Source of the DNA: Lophium mytilinum
Taxonomy: Eukaryota
NCBI GenBank assembly: GCA_010093605.1
Contig: MU004183.1
Span: 2,232,001-2,296,000 of the forward strand
DNA: 64,000 nucleotides
Direction: 5' to 3'
Shown: piece after piece, positions 48,701 to 63,100 of the stretch
Layout of the letters: each line of letters begins with the position of its first letter
How positions within the stretch are numbered: the stretch's first letter is position 1
Notes under the pieces: model-generated
Database searches by the model: none
What the model was told of the DNA's origin: nothing
Seen by the model: only the letters and a program-made list of their open reading frames with translations
Program-made: the position numbers and the translations under genes

Positions 48701-51700
48701 TGCAAGAATCCTCTCCAAATTCTGCCATTTCCCAGTGACCCAGGCCGCTTCTGCAGCGAATGGCAACGCCTTCGGGGTACGTGTATTGGAGGAAGTATGG
48801 AACCCTTCAACATAGTTGAGAAGTGAGTCTTGAGAAGTTAGTATTTGTTCCTTCAGTCTCTAGAAACACGCACCATATTGTCCGGACTCTTTCAAACACG
48901 TGAGAAGGTTGACTTGAATGTCTGGATCATTAGGTTTCTCTGCCAAGGCTAGTTCGTACCAGCTTTGTGCGGCCGTCCATCTCCCTGCCTTGCGGTGTTC
49001 TAGGACCTGTTGATCTGGGTCTAGGACATGTAGATGCGCGGATATCCCTTCGATGCTGTCTGGCTCGTCGATTTGAGCGTAAATGTACTGCAAATGTTGG
49101 AAATATGCAGCTTGCTGGAATACGTCTTTCGACCTCTCCGCCCTTTCTCGTTGCTGACGAGTGTATTGCTCCCAATGGAAAAGCGCTCGTGCATATGAGC
49201 CACACTCAACGGCTCTGCGGGATATCACTTCCGCGGGGATTCCTTGCAGGATTCGCTCGACGCTACTGATCTGAGAGATGTCCTTCATCTCGTCATCTTC
49301 GTTTAACCCCCTGCCAGTTCTTCCCGCCATTGACCTAGCCTCTGCCATTGCCTTTCGCTTTTCTTGCAGCCATCTCGAAAGATAGTCAAGAACCTGAAAA
49401 ACATTCTACAAAGTATCAGCAACTGGAAGTTTCTCAAAGGCTATATTACGTACCTCGCTGCATTGTTTGATGTTGTCTGCGCCAGCATGGTCACCCTCAA
49501 AGATTTGAGTCTTTAGGACCGTGAGGAGTTCTTGGCTAACATCCGAAGTTTCCTGGTCAGTGCCTCCAACTATGACATTCAGCGCTGCAAAGGGAAGAAT
49601 GAAACTGGCGATAGACAAGTCGTGCCCTCGAATAATCCTCGCGAGAACGGGGAAAATCATCTTGGCATTTTCTCCCTTCCCTCTCTGTAGCAGGTCGAAA
49701 ACCAAAGTCCGGAGCCAGTTCGCATGGTTGCTGTCTTCTGTGAAGAGCGGATACGTTTGCAGAGCCGGCGTTGAAGTCAAGTTACTCTTGATCATGTATC
49801 TCGAGCTCAGAAATGGAGTCAGAGTGCTCCTCACTGACTCTGGTATCTCGATCCAACGACGATATATTGGTGTTGGTTGGGATGACCTCGGTCGATGTGT
49901 CGCAAGCTCACTAAAGCCGCAAAACTTCAGTAATTCTTGCATAACGTATGCAAGGAAACCCTGCGCCCTCGCGTTGGTAGCCGAATGGAACACTTTGACG
50001 AGGATACGGTCCAAAAGAAAGGCCGTAAAGTCGATGACTTCTATCGCGCGCTCGAAGTTCGATAATACTAGTATTTCGCGTTTCTCTCGGACAGCTTCGA
50101 CTCGATGAGGATCCAGACAGCCTATTAATCCTAAGCATCTAGCGCACAGAACGGTGATGTCGAAGTGCTCTTCCGTAAACCTGTTGCATGCATCTAGAAT
50201 AGAACGAGTAAGCTGTGAGAGTACGCGTGTGGGTTTCTGGCTGATTGCAGACTCGTGAAGAAAGAACTGATTCGCCTCAAGGAACGGGATTAGTTCCTCT
50301 AATGCTCTTGTGACGACGACCGCATTCTCGTCTCCACATCTTTGACTAAAGGTGTCGAAGTGACTGCCTAACTCGACCTTGGATTTGAAGCGATTGATTT
50401 CGGCATCATACTTTGACATCAAGGGAATGGATGCCAGAGATGGAACGCAGTCAATCCGTTCCCGCAATAAAGTACTGTGAGTCTTGATCAGATTACCAAC
50501 GGTATCGTATGCCTTGACTTGACTTTCTTCTCCGAAAAAGTTCCAGTTCTGCGCGATTATGGCGAATGTCTGGTCGATCAGGGATTCAATGTCTTCCTCG
50601 TCAACCACAGTTAGTAAAGCTGCCCAAACAGAAAATGTCTGATCGCTGAGCTGCTTGTCGCCCATGGCAGATTGCAAACAGGCCCGGATCTATCCAGGAG
50701 TCAGCAAGATTCAGTTCGGAACGCTATTAGGAAGATGTCGAGGACGACTTACTTGAGGCAGTGCGATATTGACGTGTCCCTTCGCTAAATTGATCATCTC
50801 TTCGATGGCACCAACGCAACGCCTTCTTTCTTGGACTGGATGCGTTTCATGTGGATTGTCCAACACTTCCGAGAAGTGAGCCATGATCCCGAGAACGTGC
50901 GACTCAAAGAAAGACACTAAAGCCTTGGCCTTTTTCATAGTCGTCTTCGAACCCGACTTCCTTTCTGCAAGCATAGCAAGAGACTGAAACGCAAGGTGGA
51001 CCTAGTGCTATTAGCTAGGGATTTTGCACAGAGATCTTCACATACTTGAGGCTTTTTTGACTCGTCTTCTTCTGCAGCGGCTTTGAGCAACTCGCATGCG
51101 ACTAGGATTGGCTCCAGCTTTATCCAGCTTGACAAGTCGTTGTCGTTCTCTTGAAAGGCGGGTGCAATCTCCACCAAAGTATCCATGGCACTCTTCTCAA
51201 CATCTGGTGATTGTTGGCGTAGTAGAAGCGCTAAGATTGCGGCGAGATTTGTTCGTGGCTGCGTACACACATCCTGGATTGACGTTCCGCGAGCTGAAGC
51301 AATTCTCCGTAATACGTCTTTCTTCTTGGTAAGCACAAGATAGGGCAATGTCTCGGTTTGTGTCATCAACAACATCTGGTTCACACTCATTCCTAGTAGC
51401 TCAGAGAGTTGTTGAGCTTTCTGCGGTCGAGTCTGCAAGTCTTTGATGACTGTAGGACCAATGCTTTTCCAGAATGGTCTAAACATATCGGCAGGCTTCT
51501 GGTTAAAAGAATCAGCGAGACCAGAGAGCTGTGTATTGTCAGCAAAGCCGAGTAAATTGGTGTTCATTCGTACCTCGTTGTAAGCCACTCCACACAACAA
51601 TGGATTGGAGTGATTTAGATATTCCACGAGATGGATTAGAATGATGTTTAGCTCATCTTCGCCGCAAACACTTCAAAAGATTTAGCGCCACATTGCAGGC

Positions 51701-54096
51701 ATATTTGTAGAGAGAATACTTACCGTGCAGCCTGACCATAGGCTAGGATAAGTGTTTCTTGTACTGGAAGGTCGTTTTTCTCAGCAAGAGTTCGATAGAA
51801 ATTGAGTGCATTTACTCGGTTCTTTCGTTTGACTTCTTTGGGCACGTCTTGCCTAAGGAAAGCTGTGACAGCTCTCCTGCATGATGGTTAGCACATAGTC
51901 TCGTGTATGGAAGAAGCACATACCCTGCGATAATCCGTAACTCGCGAAGAGTGCTTCGGAGTGATCTGAGACACCATTGTCCTAGGGAGGAGAGGTCTAA
52001 ATCAAGGTATTCTCCATCTGATATGTGGTTGAACACCCGACGAATAGTGAGTGCCATAAAGATTCGTGGCTTCGTCGATCTCTGGAATTCGGGGATTTCG
52101 ACAAGCGCGGCTAGAGTAGAGATCATCTCTTTCCAATCATCTCCATGACTGCCATCGTTCCAGCATGGTCTTGGGTTTGGAAGTGCTCCGGGGGAAGTGT
52201 CGTCGCAAACTCTACACGAAAAGCAGTCGAGCTGACCCGAATCTGACTTGGTAGCCTCTAAGCTGTGGGCACCTGCACATGCAACGTTTGTCAGACACTT
52301 TTCCGAGAACAAGACAATTCTTCTGTCTTCCGATAATACTAGAAAGCGGTCTCTGTGTTTCGTCAGAAGAGTAAACGAGGAAGAAATCATTCAAGGGTCA
52401 TTACACTGCATTATTGCGGAGCCCCTTCAAACCCGAGGCTCGATCCCCTAGGTGGCTTGCAATCTCGTCAACGAAACTCTTGTACAAGCCGCGTGAGACG
52501 TTGCCATCCTCGCTCGCTTGGAGTCTTTGTCGTTTTTGGGGCCTGTCAGACTCGTGACGGACGGTGTCTCGATATGCTCTGAGCAGCGAAGAGGCTTCTA
52601 GTTCGAGGCCGATGTCATCAAAGACTGGCTCAGTCGACATGATACGTTGCTTTGTAGCATCTAGCTCGCTTGGCCACTCACTGGGCGGCACCCATAAGCA
52701 AACAGCAACCTAGCAGGATTTAGTTACAAAACCTCAAGATTTTGAATCTTTAGACTTACCTGGAAGTCGCTGATCAGGTCGCTTACGATGCTCGACTTGT
52801 GGCTCATCTGGAGAATCACTGGGCTGAGTATCTCGTCCATGATCTTCTTCGGGCCACCTGGGTGCCATGGAACCCGAGTAACTTCTTCTCGAGGTTGATC
52901 TAGAAGCGATCGTAGCCGTACCAGGGACCAGGTGAGTTTGGTTTGAAGAGTACCATCAAAATTGGCCCCAAGGTAAGATTTAAGGATGTCGAAAAGGCCG
53001 TAGGAGAGAGAAGCGGCGGCACTATCAGAGGCTAGGTAGAAGTGGTCGGGCTCAGGGGCTTGGCGAATTGATACAGCTTCTAAACTCTGAAGATATGCTA
53101 TGCTGATTTTCGGCGGAACCTGCTCGTTCTCTTGTGTCCAGCGAGCACAACGTGACCACAGACGGGCGCAGCTGTCCAAAGCCCACTGGAGAGTGTTGTC
53201 GTGCCAAGAGTGAGTTAACGTGCTTCTCAACGGGCTTGCATCAACAGCGGCAATGATTTTGATCAGACTAAAAGCGATGACGGTAGCTTGTGAGGGCGAA
53301 GATATGGTGATCTGAGCTCCTTGAGGTAGAGCAACTAAGTGCTGGCTTTCCGGCCACGCGTCATTTATGCCATTAGAAGGAGGCAAAATTATTGCAAACG
53401 CACCGGGCGAAGAGGCTTGACGTGAGAAAGAGGTTTCCAAAGCACGCAGAATATCTTTCCACCGTGTTAGTTCGAGCTTCGAAAAAGTTATTAGGACATA
53501 CCATCAATGCAGGAGCGGTAAAGTTGAATGAGCGAGACTGCATGCTGCCACAGGTCTGACGTGCGCTGTAGTACTTGGATACAGCTCAACAGCAGGCTTT
53601 GAAGATGGTCCTGTATTGCGTCGAGTTGGCAATGTCCCATCAAGGGAAGGATCTTGGGTAGAAGCCGCAAGAACAGCTTCGGGCGGACGACGCCATTCTC
53701 TCCTTCGCTTGGTTTCGTGCTCAGAAGCAGCTCGGGTCTTCGCTGGATCGTCAACTTAATTACAGAGATACTATCGATTGCCTGAGGCACGAGCAAGTCG
53801 GGTGCAAACGGGTTATCTCGAAGTAGCACATCGAGTCCTGCCTCGGCCACGACTGTGATGAGTTCTGCATTCAGCTGCGAATTCGGCTCATCAGTACTCG
53901 GATCACTCAGATACTCTTGTAGCAACTGTCCAAATACTGCTTTGGTAGTAGGCTCCTGCTGAGCATTGACGTTGGAGTGGTTATTGACGATCTGAGCAGC
54001 AATAGTCGACGGCGGAGGGGCGCCATTGGGCACACTGCCATTGGTCAAGGCGAGATTCGCAGGACGCTGCGTGGAATCGCCTCCTCTACGGGCCAT
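45718..54096 (-). CDS. MEC1: ATR/Mec1/Rad3 (UvsB) PI3K-like checkpoint kinase
   Basis: HEAT, UME and FAT-like exons ([24 protein letters not shown]). Kinase motifs [55 protein letters not shown] and FATC end [13 protein letters not shown]. About 17 GT-AG introns counted by eye. Confidence 0.96.
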
Positions 54097-54554
54097 GACT
54101 AGTTGAGTTGTGGGTTGGGCTTGCCATTACGGGACTTTTATATAGATTGAAAAAGTCCACGCATTGGTTTAGATATGCGGTCCAGGCTCCAGTTAGTGCC
54201 GCAAAGATGAGGCTACTAGCGAGTGAATGTATAGAAGCGCAGGAGGTCCTGGGGGATTCAGAGACTCAGTGGAAACGCGGAGAGGCAGGTTGCTTCGACT
54301 GCAGGGTTTGTCGACGGGTTGTTGCGTGGTGGGTGCAGGTCACCGAGTCGCGTAGAATAAAGACCTCGAAAACCCGTGGTCCCGTGACGGGCGGAGCGGA
54401 TAGAACACGGAAGAGCCAAGACTTTTCGAAGTGGAGCTCTCACCACCGACCACACCACCTCAGTTCTTCCGCCGCCATCCCATGCATCTCTACTTCGGAC
54501 GTACTAAGTGCGTTCCACGATCACCACAGCATTGAAACTACTATCTACACGAAA

Positions 54555-54992
54555 ATGCCCGGTCCCGCGTTCTCATCAAAGCCATTCAAGGCCTCCAGAT
54601 CGGCTTCTAAAGCTGCCGACTTCTCTTCCCGCTATCGTGCATCGTTGAGTCGGCACCCGTTCCTACTCTTCGGACTTCCGTTTCTTGTGACGATGGTTGC
54701 GGGCAGCTTTTTCCTCACCCCCGCTACCGCATTACGATACGAGCGATACGATCACAAAGTCAAGACCTCTCTACAAGAGAATGCCTTGGGCTTGAAGAAA
54801 GAGAGGAGACAGTTCGACATACGGGAGGAATACTTCGTAGGCCGCCCTGAGGAATCAAGGCTCTTCGGCCTAGCTCTGTCGGGTGTACAGTACTAACAGC
54901 GACTTCAGAGACTCTCTCAGAAACTCGACGATGACAACTGGGAGAACAAGCGATACCCAAGACCACCTGGCGATTCTGACGGTATACTGTGA
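54555..54992 (+). CDS. COX16: Cytochrome c oxidase assembly protein Cox16
   Basis: RHPFLLFGLPFLVTMVAGSFFLTPATALRYERYD...FDIREEYF-RLSQKLDDDNWENKRYPRPPG. Intron 54837-54909. Confidence 0.93.
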
Positions 54993-56033
54993 TTCCAAGC
55001 TGTAGTTGCATAAGTTTCAAGGCGTTGTTGGAAGGGTATTATAATGAGCATGAAGCAAACGGGCGTTTCTGGGATGATCTTCAAAATTTCTGGACTACAT
55101 GCGCGAAGCAAGGAGTAGGAATTCTCATCATCGTGGAGTACTCTCAATACCGCTCTCAATATTGCTGACACATGAGCGCCTCTCTGACTGCCGTTACAAC
55201 CCCTCCCAAGACCCCTCGCTCCAGCTCCGGAAGCACTTCCCCATGGCCCTATACAGTATTCGTATAACTTCTTCTCTGTTCGTAGACTGAGACGGGTTTG
55301 CACATCATCGACGCAGCTCTAAAGCTAATGCCATAACTTCTTGCAAGGTCTATACCGGCAAGCTCACAGGTTGGAGGTTGATTTCACGGGAACAGTGCCA
55401 TGGAATGGCGTGAAGTTATCCCCACACGGGCTGTGCTAGGGAAGAACTCGCAAGCTACTAAACTCTATCTAAGAATGTGTTAATATCGAATGCTGATGAA
55501 CTGGATTTCCAAGATCCATAAGGCTGAGTAGCGCCGATCTAGCTTAGCAACGGTTGGAGAAACTCCGATTGCGAGATGCCCGATTAACTGCAGAAAGTAA
55601 TAAAGACCAATTTCTTCTACAAGGCGTGTGCATAATGCCTTGGAATGCTCCACTGTACAGGCTCCAAGGTAATATTAAAGATCGCGCGTGGTCAGCAATT
55701 CTTCACGCTGTCAGACAACTCGGTAGACTCGCGGCTCCTTGGCAGCACCTGCCGCTTTATTCCAAGGGTCTGGGAGACGTGTTACGCAGCTCACCAGGCA
55801 GCTGAAGAAAGTCCATAGACCGCATCGCCACAAACGACTACGCATCATATCCGCCCGCCGATTGCTCTTAAAGCTTACAGACTCGCCGCGCTCAACAGCC
55901 TCCCTCCACATTGCGCAACCCCCGGCAAGGTCGGCTGAACCGAAACAACAGCTCAAACCACCTCTCCTAACCTCAACACCAACATACTCACCCACGCCAC
56001 GCTCCCGACAATCGCACCACATCTTCAGTCAAG

Positions 56034-56824
56034 ATGACCTTAGCAGAGGAATTCAGAAGCAGGAACTTCAGTAAGTAGGCTGCGCCGATATCCATGAGCG
56101 CATTGCTGACACGATGTTCTTCAGGTATATATGGGCAATGGTGAGTCGAGTCTGTCCTCATTTTACGACCTGCATCTTGCACTGCGCTGGACTCTCTTGC
56201 ACATGAAGCCTCGGATGTGTCTATCGAATGCTTGCCCCGTCCTACTTGAAATCCGACTGGGAAACCCAAAACAAATGGCGGAGAGGATCACTGGAACAAC
56301 AAATCACCAGGCTGTCTTGAAGACATGGAAGAAGCTTGCACAACTGCTTGGGAAACAGCTCTGACTCTTAAACTAGGACTGGAGTTCTCTGCATCATCCT
56401 ATGCTTTGCCTTGGGCATTGCGAACATCTTCCACCTGCACTTGATCATTCTCTTCAGCATAATCTGCCTGTATGTCTATTATCTAGCTCCATAGTCTGGT
56501 CAGCCCCGCTAACTTCTTCGCAGAGTATGCGCCTTCATCCTCATCTTCGTCGAAATCCCGCTCCTACTGCGCATCTGTCCGACGTCGGCCGGCTTCGACA
56601 ACTTCATCCGCAAGTTCAACTCGAACTACATGCGGGCGGCGATCTACGGCGTCATGAGCCTGGTCCAGTGGCTGGGAATCATCGTGAAGGCTACCAGCTT
56701 AATCGCCGCGGCCGTCGTCCTCCTGATCGCAGCAGCGTTCTATGCTCTCGCGGGAATTAAGGGCCAACAGTTCCAGGGCAGCAAGACGCTGGGTGGACAA
56801 GGAGTTGCACAGATGATTGTTTGA
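56034..56824 (+). CDS. TVP18: Golgi membrane protein Tvp18
   Basis: Spliced MTLAEEFRSRNFS-IYGQW-TGVLCIILCFALGIANIFH..-FVEIPLLLRICPTS..NYMRAAIYGVMS..SKTLGGQGVAQMIV. Three introns. Confidence 0.93.
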
Positions 56825-58231
56825 GCTGCAGTTGGCCTCAGTGCAATACAGACATGCCCTTCGGAGACGACAGGGAGATTGTCAATGACGAACACAAGGA
56901 GCAATGAGAGCAAGATGACGTTGTGTTATTGTCGGATTATTTGCTGCGGCATGTTTAGGGAGCGGGAAAGACGAGCTGCACCCGAGCTTTTGCGGTTGCT
57001 TTAGTGCAATAGTGGATTGTTTTGAGTGGGCTAGTTAGTCCCTTCGTCTGTATCACCAAGCTGGGCGTTATTCGGGTCACACTTCCTGCAATATCAAAAG
57101 TAGGTAGCTTGTAGGGTACGATATCCTGATAGGTTTTGAATATCGATTGAGTCGATTCTGTGCATTCTCACGCCATCTCTGCTCTGACATGCAGCGTCCA
57201 AACATGCAGCTGTCCACACACGCAACTGTTCCTACGTAATAAAATGCATGCGTGAAGCTGCAGGATTATCATGTGTATGCTCACAAGACGCATTTTAATT
57301 CAAGAATTTTAGTGAAGTGAGGTGTGTCTCTCTCCCTAATGGACACTAGGATCTTGGTACGACGTCGACGATGTCCTGTCGACTGCTGCAACGGATCGTT
57401 GGGACCGATGGATCGCGCTGGCGGCGTTCCTGATCTAGCTCGCATGCCGGCTGCAGGTGGGCCTCCAGGTGACCTTCCAAGGTTATTCGCGGGGTTTGCA
57501 TGGTGGCGTGCAGCTGGTACAGCAGAAACTTTCGCCCTCGTCGTGACGCCCTGAGCTTGGGGCCCACAATGTCTGGTGCCGAGCAATGCAATAGAATACC
57601 TAGTGAGGCAGTAGAGGTGTCGTCGAACGGGCGGCCACGGTGCTGCATGGGTCGAGTTGCGACACGCTTCGTAAGGGCACAATTGCAGGCGTGACCGGCG
57701 CGCGCCTCTCGATTCGAGCCAGCTGCAAGTTAGGCCGTCGATTCTTGCTTGCACAGCGTCACTGCTCCCTTGGCCTCCTCCACATATAAGAAGCCTGACA
57801 GTGGCCACGCCGCCGCCCTGCTTGTACTCCACCAACTCCACTTTGACGACTCGTTCCGTAGCCCGCTGCGTTGCTTAAGCACGACATTCACTACACCCGC
57901 CATTGGTGAGTAAAACGCCTCTTTGTCTCGGCTCTGACCACATCTTGCGGTCAATTGCGGCGCTGCTGATTGGCTGGCCGCCCTGCATCGGTGGAGCTTT
58001 TCTGGGGACCGCTTGACGTCGTGCAGCTGAGGCCTCGAACTGGTTTAGAGCTCTCACCTACCCACCCGTTCATTCGCCCGTCCTCGCCCTCGCGCACTTG
58101 TTGAGCTTGGCTTATCTGACTTCTTCTGTTTGAGATCCCGAAAGCCTCACTGCCCTCGCGGCTGACCTCAATTCTCTCTACAGCTATCTTCCATTGACTC
58201 CCCATTCTTCCACCCACATTGGCTATACACC

Positions 58232-61200
58232 ATGGCCGCTCCTACGATTCCTCCTCGCCCTGCTCGCACGCAGAATGCGCCCACTACCTCTGGAAACATT
58301 GATGTCCCCAAGATTCCGCCGCGCCCGAAACGTAGCGTGGAGCGTTCCGTCTCACCGAACCGCGACACCTACGCCCGCTCGCCCTTGAACGACCCAGCCT
58401 TCCTCCATAACGGCATGCACCGAGTCAGCAGCAGGGAGGAGACTTTGGGCGCAAATCTCCCTCCTCGCCCGTCCAGCGTCACTCTGCCGTCCATCGGCCA
58501 GGAGGGCAGCGAGTACGAGAGTCTGCAGGACCTCACCGATGAGTCCTCGCCGAAGCAGACTAAGAACATAGCTGGCGACCTGCCGCTATATGCTCCAACA
58601 GCCTCCTTGGCTACTTCCACTGCAAAGAGCAGAATCGCTACTGTCACACGTACCGATTCCCAGCAAGCTGCAGCCGCTGTTGGAAAGCTCTTTGCTGACT
58701 CTGATGAAAAAGGAACCCCTCGCTCGGCGTCCTCTACCGGTACTCATACTCGTCCTCAATCAATCTACAACAAGGATGATGAGGAGCACGGAATTCCAGA
58801 GATCGGCATTCGAGTACCCATGTACCCCAACGCCGGCGACGTTCAAGCTCCAACACCCCAGCCATCGGCGCCAGCACCCGCAACCGGAGTTGGCTTCTTC
58901 AACAATGGAGGACAACCAGCCAGCCGTCACCATTCACGCACCAAGAGCGGGCGGGAGATTTTCCACGGCCCGCCTGGCAGCTACGGTCTGCACGGTCACG
59001 GTATCATAAACAGCAACGAGTTCGAGAAGACGTGGTACGAAAAGCACCCCGAAGAATTTTCCAAGGAAAAGCAGGGAGAATATGGACGTGCGGTTCCGGA
59101 AACCCGCAAGGATTATCATTGGGTGAAGGATGACCTTGCTAAGCTTGTACATGGATCTGGCAACAGAGGCATTGGAATGGGTACGCTATTGATGGCGACT
59201 TCGCCAGTCTTTGGCTGAACTAACCAAATATACACAGGCACTTCACGCGAATCATTAGGCACACCCGACGAGCAGATCGGATATAGGGCATCGGAGGAGT
59301 ATGCCTCCCGCATGGCATCACCTCGTCCATCGTCCCGCCCTCAGTCCATACATGCAACCAAAGCTCGCACGAGTAGTTCAAAGGCGGAATCTCCCCTAAA
59401 TACGATGGATGGAAAGACTTCGAAAGCTGGGTCAGAGCAGGCTATGGAAAGCGACGTAGAGGACGACGTCATCCATATCGATCCTCCTCACCACCGCCAT
59501 AATAAGATTGGAGGTGGAGGTTACGACCCGCCGAAAGAAGATCTTGGTCCAGAGGGAGGCAATACTGAACGAGAGGGCGGCTGGATCTCGGAACGTGGAT
59601 ACGGTGTTCCAATTCTTGCCTCGGACGAGCTGGCAAAGCATCCTAAAGCAGACTACATGCAACCGGCCGTCTCCCCAGAGCTCGAGCGTCGTGGTAGTGG
59701 AGAGTACACTATCAACGACGCTGACGGTGTTCCGTCGTACATCAGCGGCCGCAAGAGCACAAGTAGGAGCTCAAGTCGCAACAACAGCGTCCACAGTGGT
59801 ATGCCCGGTCTTTCCAGGTTCCAGAGCCCCTCGGAGAATGAACGCACGAGTACCCCATTAGACAATGTCAAGGAGTACGAGCCCTTATTTCCCGAAGACG
59901 AAGAAAACGAGCCGAAAGATCGTGCTAAGACTGCTGTGGACAAGTTGAAGCGTCCAGATCTAGCTCGTCATCATTTCCCTAGTCAAGACGTCTGGGAGGA
60001 TACTCCAAGCAGTCTACAGTTACAGACGACTGTTGATGAGCCTCAGGCTCCGGAAGAAGACCCGCAAGCACATGGAGATTTCACGGCTTCCAGTAATGTG
60101 TTTGAAAAGCCGGAGGCGGAGGCAACCCGAAAACAAAACCTCACCACCGGTGAAGACCAGACAAGTTTCTTGCCAGAAAAGACAAAACCGCTTGCGAAGT
60201 CCGGATTCAACAAGGACGTCTTGAGTGACATCAACTCTCGACCTGGATTAAATCAGCGGTTTCCTAGTCACGATATCTGGGAAGACACGCCGGACCACCA
60301 TAATCTCGTCACCACCGTCAGCAGCCCTCAAGTAGACGACACCAATGAATACTTAGAAGATCCACCAGCGACTGGAGAGAAACCACCGGTTCCTGCGCGC
60401 CCAACGGTAGCAGCGCGGCCTGCTCAGGCGAAAGAATTGTCACCGGTTGAGAAGAAAGCCCCTATCATACCGGAACGCCCGAAGCCCCAAGTTCCGGCGA
60501 GACCCGCGAAACCCCTTTCAAAGTCTTCCGCCGAGAAAGTCCCAACGGTCGGCGATGGTGAAGGTACCACGCCTGCGCCCAAGGCGAAACCTGCTATACC
60601 CGCACGCCCGGCCGGCGGAAAGATTGCAGCACTCAAGGCGGGCTTCATGAGTGACCTCAATAGCCGCCTGCAGCTTGGCCCACAGGCGCCTAAAGTGGCA
60701 GAGCCGGTCAAAGAAGAAGAGGTTGAGGATAAAGAGCGGGCTCCGCTTGCCGACGCTCGTAAAGGTCGCGCGAAGGGCCCACAACGTCGTAAACCAGCGG
60801 CCTCGCCGTCTGGTGCTGCAGCCGATGCTGGCAGTGCAGCTAAGCCTGCGCAGACATTTTCCTTCGTCGAAGCCACTACTGTGTGGGAAACTACCGAAGA
60901 GGGCAACGTCACCGTTCCCGCTGCGAGCATGGCGAAAGCGCTTGAGGAGAAGATTGGAGGCGTTGAGTTACCCAAGGTCCCCGAGCCGGAAGAGCCAGCT
61001 GCGTCTTCCTCGGAACCTTCGACGGTCAAGTCTCCCGAGGAGCCAGTTGCTGCTGAAACTAAGGACGTGGAGACTCCAGCCACTGAAGAACCGGCTTCTG
61101 AGGAACCGGCTTCTGAGGAACCGGCTTCTGAGGAGCCAGCGTCGACGTCCACGAGCACCGCGGTCCAAACAGGGCAGCAAGACGTTTCCATCAAGAACGC

Positions 61201-61393
61201 TGACGGCTCTACTGACACCTTGACCGCATTCCTCGGCGGCAAGGCGCCGGAGGAGGGGACAGTCATTGTGAAAGACGGCGTTGAGCATATTGGTGACTCG
61301 ACGACTGCGAGGACTAAGGGGATTGAGAGTGCTAGTGATGGCGGATTGAAGGCGTCAGAAGCGGCGAGGGAAGCAGCGGTAGATGAGGCTTGA
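58232..61393 (+). CDS. AIM21: Aim21-like actin capping-protein-interacting protein
   Basis: PxIPPRP motifs, IPEIGIRVPMYPNAGDVQAP, repeated FPSxDxWEDTP, KIAALKAGFMSDLNSRL, and CPI-like LADARKGRAKGPQRRKP. Intron about 59181-59237. Confidence 0.85.
61085..61144 (+). repeat. Coding minisatellite, 15-bp unit x4 (EEPAS)
   Basis: gaagaaccggcttct gaggaaccggcttct gaggaaccggcttct gaggagccagcgtcg. Confidence 0.9.
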
Positions 61394-62035
61394 GTTGCAC
61401 TTTCTGTTGTGGTATTAGGCGTGTTTGAATACTGGGGTCATTGGTAGAGATGGAATTGTGGCTTAGTGCTAGCGACGATGGAATGGAAATGGTAGATTTC
61501 CTGTTGCCGAATCATTGGTTTTGCAAAACATGTTTTCATGGGCCCAATGTGTGCACCATGCCCTAACAGTGTTTGAACTCTTTCCTACACAGGTGTATGC
61601 CACTGCTTGGAGTTCTTCAATGCATTTTCGAAATTTCAAACAGGATAGAAGTTCTTTCTTCTAGGGTCTATGGAAACTCGTTGAGGCACTTCAGGCAGTG
61701 GTACAAATATGCACCCAAAAGGCAGCGTGGTAATCGAGTATTAGCAGAGAGTGGCAGTCTACTGTATGTACGAATCCGTGAGGTATATACGCTTGATTTT
61801 CTGTGTACGCTTGTTCAGCACCGCCTGAGGTCCTTCAGGATGCTATTACTGTTCACTAAATGCCAGATCTGGCAAACCTAACAGCTCTTCGGGCCACCTC
61901 AGACATTGCTGAACTGCCTTAGCGTGTTAGGCTTAGCGCCTTTTCCTCGCTTCTACTTCCCCGGCTAACCAACCAACGTCCCCCGCATCCTACTACAACA
62001 ACAACATCTTTTGTGATTTTGTGAAGACCGCCGAA

Positions 62036-63100
62036 ATGTCAATGCCAAATATCTCAGAACGAGTGTACATCTGTTGGGTAATCCCTCCCACGTCAATTCC
62101 ACCATAGCACCATCCTACCAACATATCTTACTCCCTTCTCAAATAGCAAGGCGACACGCCCTCAGAACCAACCACCACCCTCGTCACGACCTCCAAAGAG
62201 AACTATTTTGTCGATATCCGCATCTACAGACGCTTCGACCCCTCGGGACCCGACCTCCCCCTCCCAACCACGGGCGGCCCCATCCAACGTCTCGAATGGG
62301 CCTTTGCCGGCATCAGCGAAAGCTGGGACTTTGACACCGACTCCACCAGCTCGGCCCCACCTCTCAGCGACCACGATGTCCAGCAGCAGCAGCAGCCTAA
62401 GAACGCCCGCTGGTGGCACTGGGTCGACTCCACCTTCCCCCTCTTCCCTGCCCACTGGCTACCCGCCACCATGGCCTACGAGCAGGCCTTCGCCCGCCCG
62501 CCACACGTCATGAGCAGCATCTCGGAGGACCCCTTTGTCGACATCGCCTCGCCAACCTTCTCGAACGCGTCGACGCTGCTCGCCGGCGACGCTGCGGCCA
62601 CGACGACGCTCCCGCCGACGACTCTCCCACCGCTGACGCGCTTCGCGCCCGTCCTGGACGCCGGCGTACTGCACCCCGTGCCGCACGATGCGGCGCTGAC
62701 GCTGGAGACGGGAGTTATGCCGCACCCAGCTACGGGGCTGCAGACGCCGTACGAGGAGATGTGGCGGGATGTCGTAATTGAGGCCGCGGAGGAGGAGAAG
62801 GGGCGGTGTAGTGTTGTGCTGACGCTGGAGATGGCGGAAATCTGCGCGAGGGGGGTGCTGGTCAGGGTGGGCCAGTGGTGTCAGGGGGTGTTGATGATTG
62901 GGACGCAGATTACGTGTGAGCGGTGGGAGTTTGTCAGCGGAGAGGGGGCCAAGGGGGAGTGGGTGAGGAGGGTGAGGATAGGGGATGGGTTCTTGCCTAC
63001 GGGCGTGGTGTTTAGCATGGCGGAGGTGAAGGTGGGGGATGTTTGTAGGAAGGAGGCCATGGTGTGGGTTGTGAGGGAGAAGTTTGAGTGGAGTGAGTGA
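62036..63100 (+). CDS. HRI1: HRI1 family protein
   Basis: PNISERVYICW, intron 62078-62146, then SEPTTTLVTTS..YFVDIR, LEWAFAG, WWHWVDS, TLETGVMPHPATGLQTPYEEMWRD, RGVLVRVGQWCQG, ERWE. Confidence 0.88.

Noticed and set aside
56141..56375. Unusually long TVP18 intron as a possible snoRNA host
   Set aside because: No C-box (RTGATGA) and no recognisable H/ACA structure.
57281..57841. 186-aa minus-strand ORF between TVP18 and AIM21
   Set aside because: GTG start, random-looking composition and no domain; probably GC-rich intergenic sequence.
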